From Chlorokybus atmophyticus (lineage: Eukaryota > Plantae > Mesostigma and Chlorokybus algae), in NCBI GenBank assembly GCA_009103225.1, contig RHPI01003156.1, positions 598,537 to 662,536 of the forward strand: a stretch of DNA of 64,000 nt, given 5' to 3'. The notes under the pieces are model-generated. The model was not told the DNA's origin, searched no databases, and was given only the letters and a program-made list of their open reading frames with translations. Numbering within the stretch: the first letter of the stretch is position 1; every line of letters begins with the position of its first letter. Made by a program: the position numbers and the translations under genes. This document shows, piece by piece, positions 41,355 through 54,389 of the stretch.

Positions 41355-42080
41355 GTTGGAACGTTTACAAAATGATGAAGCAAGGCGGTACAGCGACTAG
41401 ACTCTGGTTATTCAAGGGGAGCGCTTTCACGTCTCCAAGTGGCTCATGCCCAGGTACAACAGCGTGGTCGTCGACATGCTTGCCTCCACTGACTGCAACC
41501 AAGTGAGTTCGCACTGATTATGTTTGTGTGAGTAGTTGCGCAATGGCATTGTAATGTTTCGCTCAGTCCATTATCGTGTTTAAATCTTCAAAAGTACGGG
41601 AGTTGAGTATTGAAGACGAAAATGCTACCCCCATGTATTTTGCGGAGTTTTGTCACTCACCTCGCTCCCGACAGTCAACTCACAGTTGTGACAAAGGTGA
41701 ACAACTCTTGCTTATGCAGGCATTGTCATGCATGCATTAACCCGACATTGTGCAATCTGCTGAACTGCAAGCAACATGCCAACATATGCCAATTTGTCTG
41801 GTAGGATACTGTAGGGCCGTTGCTAGCACTGGTGGACATGAACAATGTGCCAATGGTCATAAGCCGCTGCGAACAATACTTGATAGAGCATCTCAAAACT
41901 CTGCCATTCTTGCTCAAAGGTATGGCGTGCAGAATGCCCAAAGCGTTTGCATCAACCATCTCATCAGAGCGGACATTTCCATTCGTGAGTTGGACGACCC
42001 ATAGATGAAGCTGCTGGACAGTGCGACGCTGCACAACAGTTTAGTCAAAGTGCTCAAGGCCAAGAGGCAGCTGCTGGCGA
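41355..42080 (+). pseudogene. BTB/POZ-domain pseudogene
   Basis: YSD*TLVIQGERFHVSKWLM...DML (BTB N-terminus with TAG at 41398-41400), intron 41503-41719, TAA at 41738-41740, then in another frame VGPLLALVDMNNVPMVISRCEQYLIEHL (BTB C-terminal helix pattern). Confidence 0.7.
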
Positions 42081-42417
42081 GCTATCAACTTTTCACGCAA
42101 ATCAAACCGCTCACCGCAAATGCGTTTGGAGCAGTATCTCCAAACGCAATTGCAGGTTTCAGCTTTGGAGCTCCAGCTGCTCCGTTTGGTATACTATACC
42201 AAGCTAGTAGCTCTTCAACTCCCTTCTACTACAACCTCTTCATCAGCTATCTCTTACATTCAATACCCCAACAACACCATCTTCCCCGCATAGGCTTTAA
42301 AGGCTTGTGCAAGTCCATTTTTGCTTCATTATGTACATAGGGTCGTGCATGTGTTAAGCTTCAGCACACCCCTAACTTGCAAGTCCTCTTAGAGGTGTAT
42401 ATACAGCGCGCGCAAGA

Positions 42418-42668
<251 letters not shown>

Positions 42669-44074
42669 CTCATTAATGCACGTTGCATATGCTGTACAGA
42701 ATAGCAGACAAAGTTGCTTCTCAAGCAGCTTCGCATGCATGCAGGTGCTCTTCCTGCAATTACGTACAAATATCACCAGTTGCTGCAGACAGTAGGAATA
42801 GTAATATCAGTTATGTGTACTGACGTGTAGTCCAATCCTTGATGTTTACAAGATAATGCTCATTTTTAAAAAGGCATGTGATGACACGCTTGAAGTGACC
42901 TATTGAATCATTGACTATATTCAAGCATATTTGTTTTGGTATTGCAACATTGCACAAAAACTGCGCAACACGCATACACATGCGCGACAGATGCAACGGA
43001 CCCAGCATGATGTCATCATGCAGTTTGCTACTGTGACACTATTCATATGAACCACCGGGCTACTATCACTCGCTAACTTCACCATCCAAGTTACTGCCCA
43101 CACCCCGTTAGCCATAGCAAACAGTACATGCATGTAGTACATGCCCACATGGGCTGTGTGTGAATCATCATGTCATGTGCGCTTGATAAGCCATACTACA
43201 CGAAGCACGTGCGCATTGAGTCTTAATGTGTTAACTCGTAATTTTTATTGCCACATTCTGCGTCTCCTCCTCGCAAGTACAATACTTGCTGTATAGACTC
43301 TGGCGGTGGGGGCTAGTGGGCTTCGTCGTTGGCATCATTGTTGTTGTCTAAGACCTCGATTTGCCTGCCTGCCAGCGCCGTCTTAACCTCAGTCTGTGTG
43401 GTGGCAGCACTGCCAGCAAACGCTTGTCAATGACAATAGACGGTTGACTGCCTTTGCCTGCTATTGCCATGAAAAGCTGTTGGTATTTTTGCGGAATTCT
43501 CAGCCCCTGCTGCCTATTACTCTGCCTATCTTTACACATAGGTTCAAGTATCCAACCCCTTAGTCCTAGCTGCTTGCCTTGTTTGTTGTTTATGTGCTTG
43601 TTTGCTATGTGCTTAACCATGACCAATGGCGCCTCTATTGTACCATATACTTGCTGCTAGTGTGGAGCCAATCCGTGGAAAACTCTCAACACATCTTACA
43701 GCGTTTTTTGCTTTAAACTCTTGTACAAGTCACATAGAGTCTCCATGACAGACAGGAACTGAGCTGCATGCCGGCTTTATCCAGCGCCGCCCGCTGATGT
43801 GGCGGTCACTACCAGATCAGGACGGTTGTCCGTCGTCCGATCGCGCCGTTGCAACCCGTACGGCACAGTCAGCTGCCACCTTTGCGTCCTGTACAAAGCG
43901 ACAAAAACGATAAGCACAAAAGCAGATGAATGCTTTGTCTGTCGCCTGCGCCACGTGGCAGGGCGGCGGCGGCGGTGGTGTAGTGGAGCTGGTAGAGGTG
44001 GTGGTGGCGTCGGTGGAGCTGGTGGAGCTGGTGTAGAGAGTGATTCCTGTAACGTAGTGTTGGTCGGCGGGAGC

Positions 44075-47000
44075 ATGGCTCAGGACGACGCTGCGCGCAG
44101 GCGGCTGGGCGCTTTGCAGGGCCACCTGCGCGCAGTGTCGGACGCCGCAGCCGAGGGTGTGCGTGCGGAGATCGCTGCTGCAGCCGCTGCAGGCGAATTG
44201 CAGGTGGGTTGCAAGGCAGGTATTGGCTATATTGTGATCAGGCATTGCAAGTCGTCCTTGCGTGTGGACAACCCTAACGCACTTCCATGCAGCCCTCTCA
44301 TATGCTTAATGCTGTCGCTGTACTTGTTTGTTACATGCAGTTGGTGCAAGTTTTTCATTATGGGCAGGAACAATATGCTAGCGCATTGCACATGGTTCGT
44401 GTTGTTAAACGAGCTTGAAAAATTGCCAGCGCATTATGTAACGACAGTTGCTGTTGTATTACGCTTGTAGGCAAAGGAGTTCTACATTGATTCCGGTTAC
44501 AGCGCCATTTTGCCTGAGAAGTTGTCTGATTCCGACTCCTGGAAGGTGCACTACAGTGTTAAGCTTGTGCTGGCGCTTGTAGTTGCAGGTTGCAGTACGG
44601 ACATTTATAGACGAAATGTGATTGTTGCTGTTTGCGACATGCAATGTGTGACGCATGACAAATGCTTCATCACAGGTTCATCGGTCAGCGCAATCACCGT
44701 TGAAATTGCTTGACCGTTTTCCCGACGCGGACTCGGTTGAAACCTTGTACGACAATTTTGAACAAAGCGTCCAGAAACATGCAAACCGCCCATGCCTAGG
44801 CACACGCCAGGTTTGCAATAGTTTCAAACATGTTGTCGCAAAAGCAAGCATTGTTGCATGTCATGTCATGTCACATTGACTGTGCATGGCAGATCGGGCA
44901 AGATGGCACTGCAGGAGCGTACAAGTGGATGACATACGGTGAGGCCGGTGAACAAAGAACTGCCTGTGGGTCAGGCTTTATGCAGCATGGCATTCGTCCT
45001 GGTGGCAAGGTCAGGGAATGTCGCATGCACACACACTACCATCCCTTGGCGGGTACGCTGAGCATCATATAATACAACATGATGTAGGTCGGCTTGTACC
45101 TGCAAAACTGTGCGGAGTGGGTGCTGGCCGAGCAGGCTTGCAATGCGTACTCGATGGTGTCAGTTCCGCTATATGACACTTTGGGGCCGGATGTAGTGAA
45201 GTACATATGCAACCATGCTGAACTCAGTGCAGTCATTTGCTCCCCCGACAAAGTGGCAGGCCTGCTGGCGGCACTACATGACTGCCCTTCTGTCAAGGTG
45301 CGTGCATGCTCGCATTGTGAAAAAAATTGGGTCGTCAGGAGAGATACCTCACAAAGTGACAACCGTCGATTGACCATTGCACTGGCATGCAATAACCACA
45401 TCATGAAGTTGTTGGTAGTAGAGTGCCCTGACACAAGAAAACACCGAAATGTAGCTGGGTGCCATTTCCATCAGTTTGTGCATTCCTCACTGACCCTGTA
45501 AGCAGCTGGTGGTAGTGACTGGTGCGGCAGATGCTGCCCCTCGCGTGACAGTTCCTGCTGGCTGCGCTGTAGTATCGTGGGCTCGCCTACTGCAGGTACA
45601 TCTATTATCAGGACCTGGCAGATGTCTTTAGTGCTGTTACTGAGCTCTTTGCACTGAATAGGCAGGCAGAACGGTCCGGCATCCACATGTGCCTCCAAGG
45701 GGCAGCGAGGTTGCTACAATATGCTACACTTCCGGGACCACAGGAGTACCCAAGGGGGCTGTCCTATCTCATGCAAACATCATAGCAAACGCTGGAGGCT
45801 ATTATGTTGGTACAACTTGCACTTCAACGGTAAACGTGCACTTAGTTGGGTTGTGTATGTGATGTTTGTGATGTGCTTGAATTTAGCTCACAGCCAGCAA
45901 CACTGTGCATAGGACGTTCACATTTCATATCTGCCCTTGGCGCATATCTACGAGCGGGTGACCATGGTGCTTGGCATCCATTGTGGAACTGCAGTTGGGT
46001 TCTTCCAAGGAGACATCATGAAGCTTATGGATGACATACAGGTAGCTCACCTTCCCTTGCATGCTGCTCAGCATACAGCCGTCAACAAGAAGTTCTGGCG
46101 CAAGTCAGCCTGAATCTCTGTTGATGGCAGGAATTGAAACCCACCATCTTCATATCTGTTCCCCGCCTTTGGAATCGCATCTATGACAAGATCATGGCAA
46201 CAGTCAACGCCTCTGGCGGCATGCGTAAGCGCCTGTTTCATGCAGCATACAATGCCAAAAGGAACGCGATCCTACAGGGGCGACAAGCGTCGCCAGTTTG
46301 GGATAGATTGGTCTTCAACAAGATGCGACAAGCACTAGGCGGCCGCGTTCGGTACGTGGTTGACAGTCTCAAGTTGCGCAACGGACATGCTGTTGTGGTT
46401 CTCAGTTGGCAACAAATAGCGTGCCTCGGCATAGGTACCTTGGCACTGGTGCGTCCCCCATTTCTGCGGAGGTGTTCGACTTCATGCGCGTTTGCTTTGG
46501 AGCAAGGGTCGTTGAAGGCTACGGAATGACCGAAACATCTTGCGTGATTTCGATGACGCAGGTAATACCATGCACAGATCTGTCGGTCACAACTGGTCAC
46601 TTGCAAGCAGCATCAGTTGCAGACGGCTTCAGCTTAAAGAGTGGCATCACGCTCTCTGTAACTGCGTTAAGCACTAAGCCTGTTTGCAAAGTGTCCTGCA
46701 AAAAGTGATAGAGCTACCTTCATATTCCACTGGGCAGGAAGGTGATACGTCATCAGGTCATGTTGGGCCGCCTATCCCATGCATCGAGGTGAAACTTGAA
46801 GATGTGCCTGAAATGGACTACCGTCATAGCGACAAGCCATATCCGCGAGGCGAGATTTGCGTTCGAGGACCGTCAATATTTCAGGTAAGTTCAGCTTGCA
46901 TGTGTCGGTTGCTAGGCAGTGCTGCTGCTATGTGTTAGAACCCACGCACATAGCAGCAGCACACAGCCCGCGCCGAGGGATGTAGGCACGTTAATGTGGT

Positions 47001-47836
47001 TAGTTATGCCATTGAAAATCATGCAGGGATACTACAAGGATGAAGCGCAGACGCGGGAGGTTGTGGACCCAGAGGGGTGGCTGCATACAGGGGATGTTGG
47101 TCTGTGGCTTCCACAAGGCCAGCTGAAAATCATTGACCGAAAGAAGAACATCTTCAAGCTAGCACAGGTACGCAGCATACCATTGGGCGCAGCGAGATCA
47201 TGCATATTGTCCTGTCAACAGTGCTGAAATTACTTGGGACGCTGTTTATAGGGTGAATACATTGCACCTGAGAAGATTGAGAATGCTTATGTCAGGAGTC
47301 CATTGGTGTCACAGGTGGGTGCTGCTGGTCGCAGCGTGGTGTTGAAGCCTTGTGCGACGCGCTTGATAATTCACTTGCCTTGCAGGTTTTTGTCCATGGA
47401 GACAGCTTGACCTCATTCTTAGTAGCTGTAGTCATCCCAGATCCTGATGCACTGGCGCTATGGGCCAAGGAGAATGGCTACAAGGACAACACAAACATGG
47501 CAAGGCTTTGCGCTGATCCCAAAGTGGAGGCAGCAATTATTGCATCCTTAAAGCAAGCGGCTGCTCAAGCTCAGCTGCGCGGTTTTGAACAGGTAAGTGT
47601 ATATGATGCGATGCGATGTAAGATGAATACAACTATAGAAGCCTCAACGCCTCATGTATGATGGTCCGCAGGTCAAGGCCATCCGCGTTGTCCCGGAACC
47701 ATTCTCAGTTGAGAACGGGTTGCTTACACCGTCTTTCAAAATTAAGCGCCCACAGGCTGCGGCGGTCTTCGCGGACGCGATTGCAGAGCTGTATGCCCGA
47801 GTGAAGGCCAATGGCGAAGATGCCAACAGCCTGTGA
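44075..47836 (+). CDS. LACS: Long-chain acyl-CoA synthetase, peroxisomal LACS6/7 type, multi-exon
   Basis: N-terminal PTS2 RLGALQGHL; exons encode [76 protein letters not shown]; TGA at 47834-47836. Confidence 0.95.
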
Positions 47837-48109
47837 ACGCTCGCATCTAGCTCAGCATTCATCAGTGTGGGGTTGTGTACAGTGTAGTTGCCTACACCTT
47901 AGGCTGGATGACCTGAACTGACACCAGGTGCTGAGACCCAAACATTGTTGGAAAGTACAGCTCCGGTTTCAGTGCATGCAGTTGCACCGCAGACCATGGA
48001 AGCACAGTCAAGTGGTCACTGCATTTGCTCCCATTGTAACATCCTTGTGATGGGTTTCAACAACTGCATAAACATCTGTTCGGTATCTGCACTTGCAGAC
48101 GGCAGAGCC

Positions 48110-50441
48110 TCAATTGACTACTTGCTCAACATCGCTGTCATCAACAGCATCCATGCTGTTGTCGCGCAGCAGTGGCTTTGTGAGCGTGCTCTGGTCGTGA
48201 ACCTTTGCGCATGTATGCTTTCCAGTTGCGTTGCTGGAGCAGACATCAACCTCAACAGTCTGCAAGATCGTGGCGCTGATGAACCACCTGGTAAAGTACA
48301 GGTTGACATACACCATGAATAGAACAAGGGCCGCGGTGCAGATGCTGCTGGGATAGTAGAAGAGTGAGAAAAGGGTGCCGTCGCGGTCGTTGTCTAGTGT
48401 GGCGTAGCCTGAGGCGGTGAACGCCACGATGGCAGACAGCAGAGACGCGGTGAGGCACGCGGCCATGACGGCCACAAGGTTGCCGCGCCTGTTGGCCCTC
48501 GCTTTCCAGCTCAAATCCATCTTGAACCAGGGAAAGTAAGTCAACGCCCCCACAACGACCACTGCAAGCGCAAAGTAGAATGACAGCGTGCTCCCGAGCA
48601 CCCACGCCCCAACAGCCCTCCTCCTTGTGACACTTGCCGCCTGATTAGATTCATCCATATCCATAATCCATGCATCCGGCGGGTTGGAGAAGGACTGGTA
48701 TGTGACGCTCGCCATGAGCGTGGCCACGACAAGGAGGCCTCCAATAGCAGACGTGAACACCTCCCTGTCCGCGAACTCGTACTGCCACGAGCGCTTCGCA
48801 AGCCCCGTCAAGCACTGCTCCACCGTCACGCCTTCGGCTGTTTTTACCGCAGTGGGGTCACACTCGCACTCGTCGAGCAAGTACCTTACGCACTCGGCGC
48901 TCCCCGACTGCGCTGCGCAGTGCAGAGGCGTGCACCCCTGCTTGTCCACCATCGCGTCCAGGCTCGGCGGGTGTACGCTCTTGAGGCGCCTCAGCGTTAT
49001 GCCGTACAATGTGACGCGTTGGTGAGATGTGGTAAACAGGCGACTGCAGAGGTACTTGAGAACCTCAGCATTGCCTGAAGTAGCAGCAAAGTGCACCGGC
49101 GTCTCTCCCATTGTGTTCGCTTCATTGGGGCTCAGCCCGTAGACTTCCACCATCATCTTCACTATGTCCAAGTACACACTGCGCGCATCGTTCGTCACCG
49201 CGCTGTCCACAGTACCTGTAGTCGTCGTTGTGGTTGTGGTTTTACCCTTGTCTTTGTCATTGTTGTTATATCGATGTTATGTTAAAAAGCAGTCCGTGCA
49301 CAAGTATGTGTACAGCGGTCTATCGGAAACAAAGCACATTGCATTCCGCATGAGTGGTGACAAGTACCTTGCTTGAGATACAGATGGAGTGCCGTGTTCC
49401 CGTGCGATGTGAGGGCGTTGGCATGTTGTCCTCCATCTGCCGCCAGCAGCGCATTGACAATGCGCGGCTGGACCCTGCCGGACACGGCATGATGAAGGGG
49501 CATGTAGCGCGTGTCCGAGCGCCACAACTTGTGGATGTCGCGGCGTTCCAGCTCGGCCTCCCGTTCAATTCCGTCAAACAGCCGATTCGCCAGCACACTG
49601 TCCTTCGGGTCAAACTTGAAGTTGCGTATGTCCACGCGAACGTTGGGGATGGACAGGAGGATGTCGACAGCCTCGGCGTTGTCGCAGTCGGCCGCCACGT
49701 GGAGAGCCGTCTGGCCGTCGCAGCCGCCGAGCCCCCGTATTGGTGTCGCATTGACATCGGCGTGAAGGTAAAGCAACAGCCACTTGAGCACACTGATGTA
49801 CTGCCCGTCGTAGATATCTGCTCTTCGCGTGGCCTCCTCGCTCACTTCGCTGGGGCTTACTCTGGCTCTCTCTCTCCCCTGTCTCACGGCTATGTGCAGG
49901 AAACCAGCGTCGATTGGCCGACTATGGGCGCCGCAATCGCTCATGCCCTCCAGTGCTCTCATCACTGCAGGCCATCGGTTGCCTCGGACATCAGCTGCAC
50001 GCTTGAGCAAGTCCTTTGTAGCCGCTGCACATCCTGAGAGCCAAACCAAAGGTTGAACATGACTTCGTCCATAGCGACAACTCCCATCATCAGAACAGTA
50101 ATCTTTGTATACGATGTGCACATGCAGTTGCGTGTCCTGTCCTGTTAGCGTCCATGCTTATGACACAAGACATGACACCAGTGCGTCATGCATCACATGG
50201 CACAGACATGAGCACGCACAGACTAGCAGGCAGCAATGTATCCCTGACACGTCACACAGGATGTCGGTGTAACCGAGTTTTGGTGCCCCCCCCCCCTCCT
50301 GCGCGCACATCCACGCATGCACATGTGATCGCACGCGCATCCACGCACAAGCGCATGCACACTGCATTTACCTTTGCGCTCCTTCACTGTCGCCTCCTTT
50401 GCTGCAGTGTCCTGCGTGTACAACTTCACTGCGGGATCCAT
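48110..50441 (-). CDS. Ankyrin-repeat plus PGG-type transmembrane protein (ACD6/ITN1-like architecture), about 636 aa; exons 50441-50372, 50102-49368, 49215-48110
   Basis: Ankyrin motifs GQTALHVAA, YMPLHHAV, GNTALH, GETPVHFAA, GCTPLHCAA; LLVVATLMASVTYQSFSNPPDA followed by further hydrophobic helices; joined exons total 1,911 nt (637 codons). First exon less certain. Confidence 0.85.
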
Positions 50442-51437
50442 GCTGTAGGGTATCAAAAAGACATATCAAGGCGCAGCACTTGGTTGACTTGCCCCAGATT
50501 AGACTGAACTTCTTATGCCTGGCTTGCATGCAACCTGTGGTAAGCCGCCATCGCTATTTGTGACAACACAAACCTTGAAGACTTTCAAAACAAATTGTCC
50601 TGCCATAACCTAACCTGGATATCAGAACCAACACATTACGCACATAGCACTGCCAAACAGTCTTCACAACATAGTTAGTGGCTTTCAACCAAAACCCCGG
50701 CCGCACAAGAGAGCACTCCAAAGTCAAACACTCTACGCCGTGCGTGCAGTGTTGTTATCAGCAACTTACTCAAGGCACACTGAAGCAGCGGAGTAGCTGC
50801 GCCGCCGCCGCCGCCGCCGCCGCCGCCCAACCTGCCAGTGCGCTTGACCTTGTCCCGGCAAATGCTTTTTTGGGTCAGGGTCCGGTCGGGTCACGCGATA
50901 GTGAGATATCGGCAGGAGTGCTGAACCGGAGCAAGGATGACCAGGCGAACGGACCAGTAAGGTGCCGCCCTCAGTGTAAGAAAGCATTGCTGTTAGCTCA
51001 GATGCTGCTTCATGTAACAAACCGGGTGCCGCCATGGCAAGTCACTCCCCCCCTGTCTCCTGCTTTCCTTCCAATGTCAAACAACTCCGTGTAGGTTATG
51101 AAATTTGAGCAAACATATATGCGCGTGTGCATGACACTTGCGCTAATACCGTATTTACTCTTACAAACGCCCCCCTCAGCAAAAAGGCAGCGAAAGTGCC
51201 CTTTTACGGGCATTGTTTGCCCATAATGAAGCCCCCCTTACCCCCTTTAGAAGCCACACTTTTGCTCACTTTTCTCAAAACTCGAGCTAACATAGCCACA
51301 TGCTGACTAAATACGCGTCGCACATGCATGCCATTGATGTAATGGCTCGCATGTTGCAATCTGTGGCTCTTTTTAGTGGTATGATAAGTTTCACAGCCAC
51401 TGCGGAGCCAATGCAAAGTGCTTGGCAGAGACACGGG

Positions 51438-51630
51438 NNNNNNNNNNNNNNNNNNNNNNNNNNNNNNNNNNNNNNNNNNNNNNNNNNNNNNNNNNNNNNN
51501 NNNNNNNNNNNNNNNNNNNNNNNNNNNNNNNNNNNNNNNNNNNNNNNNNNNNNNNNNNNNNNNNNNNNNNNNNNNNNNNNNNNNNNNNNNNNNNNNNNNN
51601 NNNNNNNNNNNNNNNNNNNNNNNNNNNNNN
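51438..51630. other. Assembly gap (N run)
   Basis: Run of n. Confidence 1.
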
Positions 51631-52620
51631 GGGCTATAAATAAAGGGCTGGGGGCTTTATCAGAGTATATACTGTACTATTAAGTAGCTGATATACATGG
51701 GTGAATATTTTATACAAATAACATGTAGATTACATAAAACTGCACTTAAACAAACCAATGTGTTGCACGTCTAAAACAGTTCTTACCATAATGATAAAAT
51801 TGTTGATGTCGCTTTAACATTAATGATCGAACTCGTAATTCGTATGCACAAAATACAATGTTACCACGCTACAAATGCAAAAGTACATTCTTAATATGCA
51901 CGGCATGCAATAACTTGATTTACAAAAGGATCGTAGGCTGTAACGTGCTAGAAATCATATTGTAGTGCAAGCATTGCAATGTAGCTGGAAGTACTCTTTT
52001 AAAAAATTATGGGCACACTATAACAAAATGCATGGTATGATCGGGTAATTTAAGTTGCAAACATGATTAGTTTATAAATCTGTGAAAACAAAATCCATAA
52101 ACTGATGTGCTACGAACCATAAGATATAATTTGCGCATATGTACCATTCAGAAATTTGCACTTCACTTGCCTGCTCAAACAATTTTTTATGTCCATATGT
52201 TCATACGCAAAAGGCCACCATACCACCTTAACCCCTTCAGAAGTGCAGACTGTCGTCATGTGCCGTGCATCATGCGCACATTTTCGTGCGCTATTTTCAC
52301 CAACGGCCGCGGAAACGGGACCCGGGCAAAAAGGGCAAAAAGTAGCGGAAACACCAGAGCTGCCAGCTGGCAAGAGTTTGTGCGGCATAGGGTTTTCTTC
52401 CTGGGCGGCGGCGGCGGCGGCGGGATTGGTGTGTTTGAGGGCGACGACTTTCAGGTGGCTGTCGGCGACGCCGTCCCTCTGCGTGGATGACCATCATGAT
52501 GGCACAAAGATGCCCATGGCGTAACTTGCTCAGCTGATCGTGCAGCGAGTGGTTGCTTAAGGGGCTGTGTGCTGGGGCGCTGGTTAGGGTTTTCCGGCCT
52601 CTGGCGTGAGCGCAGCAAGC

Positions 52621-54389
52621 ATGGATCCCACCTACGCCAATGGCACCTCTGGAATGGAGGGTCCAAAGTTGGTTGATCAGGTGCGTGCGTGGGTGATGTG
52701 TAACTCGCGCTAACTCACCCATGGCAGAAAAGTGGTTTTGCACCACGTAGGCATGTTGCTGTCTCTGACTGAAGTGCAGATATTGAGCTGAGTGAACTAG
52801 CAGTCGCATATAAGGTGCAGAGCGACTGTGTGTAGTTTGCTGTGCCTGGGCTCAGTTCGTCAATCAAGCCATTGAAGCACAGGCATGCAGGTTGATTGTT
52901 GTTGCGTGCACTTACACTTTGATTGTACTCTTGCGCAATATGTCCTCCTCTTTGTTATTCAAGAGAGAGCAGGGTAAATTGCACAGTTACAACAAAAATT
53001 GTGGCTGTCACGACGCGTAAGGCGTGTGAGCACTTTGCTACATGTGCCTGTTATGCCGGGCCTGTATATCCTGTACCTGCTTTTGTCAGTTTTCCAATCG
53101 GTGCCCAGCATGCGTCATTGCCACGCAGCATGCGTTGCAGTAATCGAAAATGAATAAACAGCACATTTGTGCTTCCAGTTGCTCGCTACTGTCCACCTCC
53201 TTGTGCTGCATGCGCAGGTGTCAGTTGAAATGACCCATTACCCATGGATCCTTTTGCATTCATGTTGTTGGTCGTTCCTTGCTGTCGTTGATGGCCTTTG
53301 TTTGTTGTTGGTTAGTTGAGGTTACAGCAGTTGTTGTGTGGCATTGCAAGTGGATGCCACCAACAAGCATCATTGCAAGCAGGCTGCTGTCTTTCATGTG
53401 ATGCACAAGTTGTTGCAGTTGACGTGTGCTTGAAGCAATGCAGTCACTGTCAAGTTGATAGGCTCTGTTGATTGTCCACATCATGCCGGTTGACTTCAGT
53501 GCGCAGCTCATGCAGGCAACCCAACTGGCTGCTGGCAGGTGCGGCACACGCTGCAGCGGCGCTCGCAATTCTACCTCGACAAGGCAACCCCGTTCCCCAC
53601 GTATCGATGGCTAGGCACCTTAGGTCTTCTTGGTTTGTACGCTCTTCGTGTATGCTTCCTTCAGGTGAGACCAGGCATGTGGTGGCAGGTGCACATGGAT
53701 TCCTTGAAGGCAAGGAGAGGATTGAGTTGGTAGCCCACTTACTTGTTTTCTCTCGGTTGCAGGGGTTTTATATTGTCACGTATGGGCTTGGCATTTATGT
53801 GCTCAACCTGTTCATCGGCTTCTTGTCACCTCAAATTGATCCCGAGTCGGATGGGCCACAGTTGCCCACAAAAGGCAGCGATGAATTCAAACCCTTTGTG
53901 CGGCGTCTGCCAGAGTTCAAGTTTTGGTACGTAGAGCTTGTTGCATCATTCGCAGTTTGCAACACAGTGGTGGCGAAGAGTCTAACGCTCCTTGTTTGAC
54001 AACCGCAGGTACAACGTGAGCAAGGGTGTAGTGGTAGCGTTTTTCATGACATTCTTTCCGGTGTTTGATGTCCCAGTGTTCTGGCCTATTCTGCTAGTCT
54101 ACTGGATCATGCTCTTCTTCCTTACCATGAAGAGGCAGATACTACACATGATCAAGTACCGGTATTTGCCATTCTCACGGGGCAAACAGGTGAGTACGGT
54201 TGTATGCAGGATGCTTTCAATGCATGCATCACTGCTTTGCTCCCAACTTGCTTTGGTGCTAAGCATGTGGGTATCCCAGTGCAGCTCAGCTTGTCCTGCT
54301 CTCAGGTGTACAAGAACAAGGGCAAAGAGAAGGTGACGGCACCGACAGCTGATGCTGCCATGGCAGCAGGTCCTTCACATAGCAAGTAA
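52621..54389 (+). CDS. RER1: ER retrieval receptor RER1, multi-exon
   Basis: [90 protein letters not shown]; TAA at 54387-54389. Confidence 0.96.

Noticed and set aside
47822-47836. PTS1 at the LACS C-terminus
   Set aside because: The terminal tripeptide NSL is not a typical PTS1.
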